A stretch of DNA of 62,889 bases, the filler included. It is 3 parts of 3 records of this genome, joined end to end, with 100 filler letters (N's around TTAATTAATTAA, not from the genome) between each part and the next. Parts side by side here need not be neighbours in the genome. Positions count along the whole stretch, not along the records: positions 1 to 26,065 come from DRR378314_2462; 2 more parts are not named here. One strand, given 5' to 3'. Below, piece after piece: positions 10,322-19,000 of the stretch (the first letter of the stretch is position 1; the number at the start of each line of letters is the position of its first letter). A program made the position numbers and the translations under genes. A model generated the notes under the pieces. That model made no database searches. It saw only the letters and a program-made list of their open reading frames with translations, and was not told the origin of the DNA.

Positions 10322-10975
10322 TCAGGACGCGCCCATCTGAGAGCCAAGCTCGGATGTCTTAGGCACCACGAGGCTTTCGGCGAGGCTGTACACTAGGTCA
10401 CGGGCGTAGGCCTCCGCCTCTGGTCGCGATTTTTTACCGCGCAACAGTTTCGCAAAGCGGCCGCCTTTTTCCAACGAAAGATCGCTCAGGATCAGAAGCG
10501 CCATCTCCTGCAGACGATGCAGCACCTGCGCGCTTTCATCATCCGTCAGGCCCTGAACCAACGAGGCCGGGAGCTGCGTTTCAGCCAGCATGGATTTCAA
10601 GAGAGGACCGTGTTTGGACTGCTCCGCGTGATTGAGGGCGGTTTCCACCACTGCGGCCATTTCGGCGCAAAAGATTTCGCGTTCGACCTGCGCGGCTTTC
10701 TCGCTATAGCCGATTTGGCGCAGAACGTGAATTTCGCCTTTGGCTGGAGTCTCGGTAAGCAGCAACCCGTCGAGCTGCAGTTCAACGGCGATGGGATCGC
10801 CGTAGGTCCGTCGAAGATCGCACCCTTCGCAGAACAGCACCAATTGCCGCATATCCGCCGCTGACAGATCGCACGACATCCGGCTGATGCCTGTTGCGCC
10901 ATCCGCCTTATGCGTCAGTGAAAACCGCCCGCTGCCATCTTCGCGCGTGGTCAGAACAAGGATCTTTGAAGTCAT
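10322..10975 (-). CDS. Hypothetical protein (217 aa)
   Basis: Clean ATG-started ORF filling the intergenic space with protein-like composition; no family recognised. Confidence 0.7.
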   Translation of the reverse strand: MTSKILVLTTREDGSGRFSLTHKADGATGISRMSCDLSAADMRQLVLFCEGCDLRRTYGDPIAVELQLDGLLLTETPAKGEIHVLRQIGYSEKAAQVEREIFCAEMAAVVETALNHAEQSKHGPLLKSMLAETQLPASLVQGLTDDESAQVLHRLQEMALLILSDLSLEKGGRFAKLLRGKKSRPEAEAYARDLVYSLAESLVVPKTSELGSQMGAS

Positions 10976-11207
10976 GCGCAGCAGTTACGTCGAAGCTGCA
11001 AGCGGTGCAAGCCGGGGCGCGCGAGCAGGTCGAAGGCATCGGCGCGGAGTTGCCAGCATTTGAGTCTTTTCACTGTGCGCGCCCTTGGTCGCAGGGCAGT
11101 GAGCGCAAGGCGTCTGGCCGCTTTCCTTTTGTCGCACAATTGTATAATAAGGTTTCATGCAGCGGTGCTCCGGTCTGCGAAATCTGGATTACGAAAAGGT
11201 TGTTCAC

Positions 11208-12395
11208 ATGAGGACCACATCCATCACCCAACGTCTGGCGGGCCTTGGTGGCGCCAAATGGGATCTGCATCTGGCGGCCCGCGAACGGCTGGAGCGCGGC
11301 GAACAGATCATCGAGATGACGATCGGAGAACCGGATGTGCCCTTGCCGGGCGTGATGGCCGAGGCCGCAACCCGCGCGCTGGAGGCCGGGCGTACGCAGT
11401 ATTCCGACGGTCGCGGTGAAAGCGGTTTGCGTCGCGCCTTGGCCGAACACTACACCGCGAGACGCGGGCGTGCGTTCGATGGTGATCACGTCCTGTGTTT
11501 TCCGGGCACTCAGACGGCGCTCTACGCGGTGATGCAAGGGGTGGCCGAAGCGGGTGACGAGGTGCTCGTCGGTGATCCGCTTTACGCAACCTACGAGGGG
11601 GTCATCCGCGCCACTGGTGCGACGATGGTGCCCGTACCGCTGCGGCCCGAGCATGGATTTCGCATTCAGGCGGAGGATATTGCCGCGCGGATTACCGACA
11701 AGACCCGCGCGATCCTGCTCAACACGCCGCATAATCCCACCGGTGCCATCCTGCAGCCGCAGGATGTGAAGGCGATTGCCGAACTGGCGCTGAAGCATGA
11801 CATCTGGATCATTTCGGATGAGGTCTATGAAGATCTGGTCTTTGAGGGTCACGCGTTCTTGTCGCCCCTGTCGCTGCCGGAGATTGCTGATCGCAGCATT
11901 GCGGTGTCGTCGATCTCGAAATCCCATGCCGCACCGGGTATGCGCAGCGGTTGGGCAATCGGGCCGAAAGCCTTCATGGAGGCGCTGCTGCCGGTGTCGG
12001 AGACCATGCTCTTCGGCAACCAACCGTTCATCGCGGATATGACGGAACAGGCCGTGCGGCAGGGCTCGCCCGTGGCACAGGGGATGCGCGCGCGCTTTGC
12101 CAGACGGGCGCACTACCTTGCAGACAGGCTCGAAGCGGAGACCGCCCTGCGTGTTCACCGCCCGGAGGCGGGCATGTTCGCGCTTGTGGATGTCAGCCCG
12201 CTTGGCATGGATTGCGATACGTTTGCCTGGGCGCTGTTGGAACAGGGCGGCGTTGCGGTCATGCCCGGCTCGTCCTTCGGCGACTGCATGCGCGACTGGG
12301 TGCGTCTGGCCCTGACCATTGATGACGCGGAAATGACGCAAGCGGTTGATCGTATTTCGGAGTTCGCCCGCACACGCTCCGCTGCGGCAGAGTAA
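11208..12395 (+). CDS. PLP-dependent aminotransferase class I/II (AruH/aspartate-aminotransferase-like)
   Basis: IGEPD, NTPHNPTG, ISDEVY and PLP-lysine motif SISKSHAAPGMRSGW; start adjusted to ATG 11208. Confidence 0.93.
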   Translation: MRTTSITQRLAGLGGAKWDLHLAARERLERGEQIIEMTIGEPDVPLPGVMAEAATRALEAGRTQYSDGRGESGLRRALAEHYTARRGRAFDGDHVLCFPGTQTALYAVMQGVAEAGDEVLVGDPLYATYEGVIRATGATMVPVPLRPEHGFRIQAEDIAARITDKTRAILLNTPHNPTGAILQPQDVKAIAELALKHDIWIISDEVYEDLVFEGHAFLSPLSLPEIADRSIAVSSISKSHAAPGMRSGWAIGPKAFMEALLPVSETMLFGNQPFIADMTEQAVRQGSPVAQGMRARFARRAHYLADRLEAETALRVHRPEAGMFALVDVSPLGMDCDTFAWALLEQGGVAVMPGSSFGDCMRDWVRLALTIDDAEMTQAVDRISEFARTRSAAAE

Positions 12396-12567
12396 TGCCC
12401 GGCCTGCGATCTGGCAGACACAAAGCAACCTGTAATGATTGCGGCAACGTGGCAGGGGGCTTATAGCCTCCTGATCCGTGCGGGCATGTTTCGCGCGGGG
12501 CATGTGCTGTGTCGTGTCCTGCAGAAAATGCAGGTCTGACGGTGTCGCCGGAGCGGGAGAGGCTTGA

Positions 12568-13518
12568 ATGACAATTTGCGTGATCCACACAGGTGGAACG
12601 ATCGGAATGGTCGCCACGGCGACTGGATTTGCACCGCAAGACGGTGTGGTCGAGGCGGAGCTGGATCGGTTGCGGGCTGTCGGAGACATTCGCTCTGATT
12701 TTCGCGTGGTGACCGCATCGCCGCTGATCGACAGTGCCAATGCCGCGCCTGCGGATTGGAACTGGATCATGTCGCAAATCGCTGAAAACCATGCGGATTG
12801 CGACGGGTTTGTTGTGACCCATGGCACGGATACGCTGGCCTTTACGGCGGCGGCGCTGTGTTTTGGCCTGCATGGGCTGCGCAAGCCCGTGATCCTGACC
12901 GGGGCGATGTTGCCCCTCAGCGAGACCGGCAGCGATGGCGGGGCAAATCTACGGGATGCTTTTGACGCCGCAGAGACCACGCCAGCCGGGGTTTGGGTGC
13001 AGTTTGCCGGCAAGTTGCTGCATGGGGCACGGGTGCGAAAGTCGCATTCGGTGGCGTTTGATGCGTTCAACGCCTCCCACACGGACGCCGCGCCACAGCG
13101 CGCGGGCGCAGAGATCTCCGTGCAAAGCTATGGCGATGCAACGGCTCTGATCGCGGCTGTCGCACCCGGTATGAATGCGGAGCTTGTGGATCTTGCGGCA
13201 GATCACGCGGACGGTATCGTGTTGCGATGCTACGGGTCTGGAACGGTTCCCGAAGGACGCGGCCTGCGCAAGGCGCTGCGCAGGGCACAAGACAATGGGA
13301 TCGCCGTGATTGCGGTCAGTCAATGCGCAGAAGGCGGCATATCGCTCGGCACCTACTCTGCAGGGTCATTGCTGGTGGAAACAGGCGCGGTCGATGGGCG
13401 CGACATGACGGTGGAGGCCGCCTACGCTAAGCTCCTCCATGTTTTGGCCGTGAGCGACGACCCGGCAGAGCGTCGGACACTTTTGGAAACCCGAATTTGC
13501 GGAGAGTGGGCGCTCTGA
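12568..13518 (+). CDS. ansA: L-asparaginase type I (cytoplasmic)
   Basis: Catalytic motifs HTGGTIGM and THGTDT; also KPVILTGA, YGSG, VSQC, DMTVEAAYAKL. Confidence 0.9.
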   Translation: MTICVIHTGGTIGMVATATGFAPQDGVVEAELDRLRAVGDIRSDFRVVTASPLIDSANAAPADWNWIMSQIAENHADCDGFVVTHGTDTLAFTAAALCFGLHGLRKPVILTGAMLPLSETGSDGGANLRDAFDAAETTPAGVWVQFAGKLLHGARVRKSHSVAFDAFNASHTDAAPQRAGAEISVQSYGDATALIAAVAPGMNAELVDLAADHADGIVLRCYGSGTVPEGRGLRKALRRAQDNGIAVIAVSQCAEGGISLGTYSAGSLLVETGAVDGRDMTVEAAYAKLLHVLAVSDDPAERRTLLETRICGEWAL

Positions 13519-13619
13519 CACAGGCGATTCAATGTCTGCCGTAGCAATTGGGCCGTTGCATCCCTAAGATCACGAACGTATTCGACCTGCGGTTTTCAAT
13601 GTGAGTGGAGAGAGACGCC

Positions 13620-15041
13620 ATGCAAGCGCTTCAAGAGGTCTTCGGTGTAATCGGAGATCTGACCTGGGGATGGTCCCTGGTCCCAATTCTGGTGATATTC
13701 GGATCATTTATCACGATCGCTACCGGCTTTGTGCAGTTTCAGTTTTTTGGAAGAATGTTCCGCGTTCTGGGCCGTGGTCGCACCGAGTCCGGTAAAATCT
13801 CGGCCCGCGAGGCGCTTCTGGTGTCGGTCGGTGGGCGTGTTGGCGGCGGCAATATCGCAGGTGTTGCGGTTGCGATCACTCTGGGTGGCCCGGGTGCCGT
13901 GTTCTGGATGTGGGCCATTGCGCTTATCGGTATGGCCACCAGCCTCGTCGAATGCTCTCTCGCACAGCTGTTCAAGCGCGCGGACCCTCTGACGGGTCAG
14001 TATCGCGGTGGGCCGGCACGGGCCATCTTGCACGGTCTGGGTGAAAACTATCGTTGGCTCGCAGTACTTTACGCAATCTCTCTGATCGCGGCCTTCGCGC
14101 TTGGCTTCAATGCGTTCCAGGGCAACACGGTTGCCGGTGCAGCCGAAGCCTCTCTCGGGATTGATCGTATCTGGTCCGGTGTCTTCTTGGCGATCGTGAC
14201 CGGCTTCATTGTATTTGGCGGCATCCGGCGCATTGCCAAGGCCTCTGAGGTTGTGGTCCCTGTCATGGCGGTGGGCTACATCCTGATGGCGCTGATCGTG
14301 ATTTTGACCAACTTGAGTGAGGTGCCCAGTGTCCTGACGACCATCGTGTCCAATGCGTTCGGCTTCGAAGAGGCTGTCAGCGGTGGCATGGGTGCCGCGA
14401 TCGCACAGGGTTTGCGGCGTGGGCTTTTCTCGAATGAGGCGGGTTTGGGGTCTGCACCCAACGTGGCGGCGACCGCAGAAGTCAATCACCCCATCAGCCA
14501 GGGCATCACCCAAGCGTTCTCGGTATTCATCGACACCATCCTGATCTGTAGCTGTACAGCGTTTGTGATCCTGCTCAGCGATGTCTATGTGCCCGGGGCG
14601 ACGGGGATTGACGGGATTGAGCTCACCCAAACGGCTATGGTGTCTCACCTGGGCGAATGGACGCAGTATTTCATGACGTTGGCGATCCTGCTGTTCGCCT
14701 TCTCGTCGGTGATCTACAACTATTATCTGGGTGAAAACGCCATCACGGTCCTGACGAAGGCGCCGGTTGCAACGATTGTGCTGAAGCTCGTGGTGGTTGC
14801 GATCGTATTTGTCGGCGCGGTGGCACCAAATGCCACATCGGTGTTCTTCTTCTCTGATCCGATGATGGGTGTTCTGGCGCTGGTCAACCTGCTTGCGCTG
14901 ATGATGCTGTTCCCGATCGCGCTGCGCGTCCTGCAGGATTTCCGCAAGCAGCTGAAAGCCGGGGTGGAGCGTCCGATCCTGCATATCGAGGATTTCGCCG
15001 ACCTCGACCTCGATCCCAAGGCGTGGCCGAAGCGTCGCTGA
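13620..15041 (+). CDS. Alanine/glycine:cation symporter (AGCS family)
   Basis: GRVGGGNIAGVA, GGPGAVFWMW, RRGLFSNEAGLGS. Start is either ATG 13620 or GTG 13605. Confidence 0.95.
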   Translation: MQALQEVFGVIGDLTWGWSLVPILVIFGSFITIATGFVQFQFFGRMFRVLGRGRTESGKISAREALLVSVGGRVGGGNIAGVAVAITLGGPGAVFWMWAIALIGMATSLVECSLAQLFKRADPLTGQYRGGPARAILHGLGENYRWLAVLYAISLIAAFALGFNAFQGNTVAGAAEASLGIDRIWSGVFLAIVTGFIVFGGIRRIAKASEVVVPVMAVGYILMALIVILTNLSEVPSVLTTIVSNAFGFEEAVSGGMGAAIAQGLRRGLFSNEAGLGSAPNVAATAEVNHPISQGITQAFSVFIDTILICSCTAFVILLSDVYVPGATGIDGIELTQTAMVSHLGEWTQYFMTLAILLFAFSSVIYNYYLGENAITVLTKAPVATIVLKLVVVAIVFVGAVAPNATSVFFFSDPMMGVLALVNLLALMMLFPIALRVLQDFRKQLKAGVERPILHIEDFADLDLDPKAWPKRR

Positions 15042-15063
15042 TCTCTTGAAGGTATGACATGCG

Positions 15064-15091
15064 ATAGGCCGCCCCTCAGTGGGCGGCCTAT
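15064..15091. terminator. Bidirectional hairpin terminator between the convergent AGCS and RpiR genes
   Basis: ATAGGCCGCCC-ctcagt-GGGCGGCCTAT, a perfect 11-bp stem. Confidence 0.75.
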
Positions 15092-16009
15092 TTACGTTCG
15101 GCTGGAGGTGCGTGGCAGCTGCCGACCGCTCCAGTAGACGCCACTGTCCTGACGCATCGCTTCATAGCGTTCGATCCGGGCTTGGGCGGCGGTGCCACCC
15201 GCGTCGATGAGATGCGACAGCAGGCACTCCAACGTCACCATGGCGCCGGACAGGCAGCCAAAACTGTGCGGTGATTGCGTAGAGAACAGCACTTGGTGAT
15301 CGGCGTGTACGCCAGGCGCGATCGTGTCGCTGTCGGACAGCAGGACGATGGTTGCCCCGGCGTCCCGCGCCATCCGCAGGGCGCGTATCGTGCTGGTCGA
15401 GTAGGGTGCGAAGGTGATGACGAACAGGCAATCCTCTGGTCCGATGTCCAACAGGTCGTCGGCCGCATCGCCCATGTGTCTGGGCACGAGCTCCAGTGAT
15501 GGCAGTGCCATACGCCCGACATAGTGAAAGTAATACGCCAGCGCATGGCTGGAACGGCTTGCCGTGACATAGCAGTGCCGGGCCGATGTCATGGCGGCGA
15601 TGATGGCTTCCACGCGCTCTGCCGTCATGAGCCGGAGTGAGCGCGCCGTGATATTGAGCGCGTTGCGTGCGGCTTTTGCCTGCAACACTCCGGTTTGTGA
15701 CCCTGCTGCCAATTGATCGAGCCAGTCCGCACCAAGGTCGGCCTCTCGTGCGGTTACAAGCGCGGCGCGGAAGGGGGCGCGAAAACTCTCAAAGCCGGAA
15801 TAGCCGAAGGCTTCTGCAAGGCGCGTCAACGTGTTGGGGCTGACGCCCGCCTTGGCAGCGGTGACACGGATCGGGTCAAGACCGAAGTCCCCCGGCGCAT
15901 CGATGACGTATTTGGCGGCCGTCTTCAGCTTTGCCGGCAGCGTTTCAATGCGGGATTTGAGGGTGTCGAGCAAGCGGTTGGCCTGCCGTGGGTCAATGGG
16001 CGCTGTCAT
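15092..16009 (-). CDS. MurR/RpiR-family transcriptional regulator (HTH plus SIS domain)
   Basis: HTH AAKAGVSPNTLTRLAEAFGYSGFESF; SIS domain FVITFAPYS; start adjusted to ATG 16009. Confidence 0.92.
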   Translation of the reverse strand: MTAPIDPRQANRLLDTLKSRIETLPAKLKTAAKYVIDAPGDFGLDPIRVTAAKAGVSPNTLTRLAEAFGYSGFESFRAPFRAALVTAREADLGADWLDQLAAGSQTGVLQAKAARNALNITARSLRLMTAERVEAIIAAMTSARHCYVTASRSSHALAYYFHYVGRMALPSLELVPRHMGDAADDLLDIGPEDCLFVITFAPYSTSTIRALRMARDAGATIVLLSDSDTIAPGVHADHQVLFSTQSPHSFGCLSGAMVTLECLLSHLIDAGGTAAQARIERYEAMRQDSGVYWSGRQLPRTSSRT

Positions 16010-16017
16010 GGGGCAAC

Positions 16018-16062
16018 CAGACCATATGTTCTGGAAATGGGAAAGCCAAAACATATGGTCTG
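16018..16062. promoter_or_regulatory. 17-bp inverted repeat immediately upstream of the RpiR gene (operator or terminator hairpin)
   Basis: CAGACCATATGTTCTGG-N11-CCAAAACATATGGTCTG, with one mismatch. Confidence 0.5.
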
Positions 16063-16075
16063 CCAGAAGTTGCGG

Positions 16076-19000
16076 TCAGGCGCTCCGTTCGCGCGCCTGA
16101 TCTTCCTCGGTCGAGATGACGCCCGCATCCGTGACCGTGATCGTCTGTCCCTGTGACAGCCCGTCCACGCCCTGCGCGCCCACTAGCATGAGAATGTTCT
16201 TCTCTCGCGCCACGATGGCCATGTGACTGAGCCAGCCGCCGACGACGCTCACCACTGCACCGGCTTGTTGAACCTGTGGCAGCCACGCGGGGTTGAGCAT
16301 GTGACAGACCAGGATGTCACCGGGTGTAAACCCTTCAAACGCGGCGTCGCCATAGGCGGTCTCGTCGGTGACTCGGAACACCTGCCCGGTCACGGTGCCT
16401 GACCCCGCCACACAGGTCCCGCCTAATGCGCCGTCCTCGAGGATTTGTGGTGCTCCGGCGCTCAGCTGTTCGCAATCCAGCAGGCTTAGCTGAACGGCCG
16501 TCGGCGCCTGATCGTGACACAGCTTGTCGTGGGTCTTACGGGCTTGGGCGATGTCGTGTAGCGCCTCCGGGCTGTCCCAGTCTCCCTGCAGCACTTCATC
16601 AAGTGTGAGGTGGAAGACCAATGTCCCCAGCTTGCTCTTTGCGCCCAGTGCGAGCAATGCCCGCCGCAGTTCAGCGAGCACCCGAAGCGATTCATGCTTG
16701 ACCCGTTCCTTCAGATCCTGAAAGGCAATGGCCATCTCAATGGTCTGCTTGAGCTCTGTTGGCACATTGTCGGGCAGCTGCTCTGGCGTGAGGGGCGCCG
16801 CAGACGCGTCGAGTAGTGAGAACAGCAACCCCGGTGCCTCAAGATAGCGAGGGGTGGACAATTCGTAGTCGAACATCGCGCGATGCCCCATCAGGTCCAA
16901 GGCGCGGGCTTGCGCCTCGTCTTCAGTGCCGGTGCATTGGGCCAGCAGGCTGGCCGGTGAATAGGTCAGATCTGCCTGCATCAGATGGCTGCGCAACGCC
17001 GGGTCGCCCTGTGCCGCTGCGGTGGCTTCCTGCATGGCGAAGGCCGCCAGAAGGTTGATCTTTTCCGCCTCGACATAGATGTCGGTGACGAAATAGGCCT
17101 GCAGCTCTGTAATCGCGGCGAGCAATTTTGGCTGCGAGAGCGCATCAAAGCGGATGGCCTGCCAATTTTCGACCCGGTCGCGCAAGGCCGGCAGGACCTG
17201 TCGCTCAAATCCGTCCAGTGTGGGACGAAGCTGCTTGCGCAGGCGAGTGGCACGATTTCCGCCCAGATCCATCACCAGTTTTTTCTTCAGCCGCGTGTCG
17301 ACATAGGTCTTGCCAAAGAGCCGCACGAGATGCGCGTTTTCGCCTTCCGGGAGCTGGTACGGTAGCCCAAGCGCGCGGGACGCAAGGTCAAGGCTGCCGC
17401 CGGGAGCCCAGAGCCGCCCCATCAGCGAGAACGACAAGGGAGTGGGACGCGGCAGTACCTCGCTCATCTCATCCTGTTCCAGGATTATGGCCTCCGGATC
17501 TGTAGTCGGTTGAGTGGCAAACAGATGCCGCCATTCTTCTGCGCTGGCTCGATCTGACGGGCTGCCGACGGAAACGGTTGTGATGTCGCGCGATTGCAGA
17601 ATGTAGAATTCGCCGTCGGCCCAGGCCCATTCCACGTCCTGTGGCTGTTCAAAGAGCGCCTCGATGGATCGGCCCATCTTGAGCAGCGCCTGCACATCAA
17701 ACGGCGGCTCTTGAACCTCCGGCGCAGCATATCCGCTGATGCGGCCAAACCGGGCCGTTCCGGGTGTCTTGCGCCCCGACACCAGATCCTCACCACATCC
17801 TTCAACCCACTCCATCAGCATCATGCCGGGGGCCTGCGGGTCCTGTGTGAACAGGACACCGGCATATGTGGCGTTGATCATTTCTTGCACCAGAATATTG
17901 GCATGACCTGCAGTTGCGGCCTGATAGCTGCCCGCGCGCTCGGAGGTGAAGGACGCAAGCACCGTGTCAATCGCGTCGCGCAGTGTGTCCTGCCTGACAT
18001 CCAGAACGGAGTCGAACACCCCGGCAAAACTCTGATCCGCGCCGTCCTCATTGCTCGCCGAAGAGCGAACGGCACAGGGCAATGGTTCGATGTACGTCCA
18101 GACGCGGCGTGCCAACCCGTCGCGTTCTCGCGCATTGGCGTTCTGGAAACGGGTCAGGAACGTGGTTGTCAGCACAACGGCCTTGGGGACCGGAAACCCG
18201 GCTTGCGCCAGTTGCGAAAGGCGGTAGGCCTTGTTCCCGGCGGTGCTGAGCTTTGGCGTGTTGGATAGTTTGACAACACCAGCGGGCAGGCGGGACAGTG
18301 CTCCTAACGTTTTTTGACTGCGCGCCCATGTGCCTGACACACACAGATACTGCGCCAGGAGGCCGAGCAGGCTGATGCAGAGATACAGGTTGCCAGCCGC
18401 CGACAGCCCCATGGTCAGGACAAACAGCGCCGGAACACCAAGGCTAACCCACAGGATGCCGCTGCGGCGGGATTTTGCGATCGCAAGCAGCAGGTAGATA
18501 CCAGCCAGAAGACAGGTCAGCACTGGTGCGATCCATGTCGGGTCTGGCGCACCAAGGTCGCTGATCCAGAGGAAGCCTTCCTTGATGCCACCGGATGCAT
18601 GTTCCGCCGCTTGCAGCCCCAGCATCATCACCGGCAGGAACAGCAGGGCCGCCATATTGCGCATAGGCGTCAGGCCGAGGTTTGCATAAAACGCCCGAAT
18701 GGCGCGTGCCTTGCGCATTGGATCATGGGCAAGCCTCGATTTGAGTTCTTCTAGCGCGGGCTTATGGGCGCGAAGCGTGATTTGATCCCGTTCGGATTTG
18801 AGTGCGATGGGAAGGACCAGAACCCGCGACATCAGTGCCAGTACAAAAAGGCTCACAAGGATATGCGACCTGTTATGCCCCCATAGAAGCGCATCGCTAA
18901 GGGCCTGAACGGCCCGATCCCAGAGGCCGGTTTGCTGTTCGGACAGCCAGTTTGCCACATGGGGTTTGGGGGCAGGGGCGACGAAATACTCCCACGGCAC

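Noticed and set aside
11070-13082. 670-aa minus-strand ORF, and similar long antisense ORFs (743-2377 +, 13704-14984 -, 41708-43003 +, 6631-7731 -)
   Set aside because: Shadow ORFs opposite well-supported genes in GC-rich DNA; no motifs.
16076-18241. Calling the fusion ppsA/ppdK or a rifampin-resistance gene (rph)
   Set aside because: It lacks the C-terminal PEP/pyruvate TIM barrel of PPDK/PpsA. The architecture is RPH-like, but nothing in the sequence indicates rifamycin specificity.
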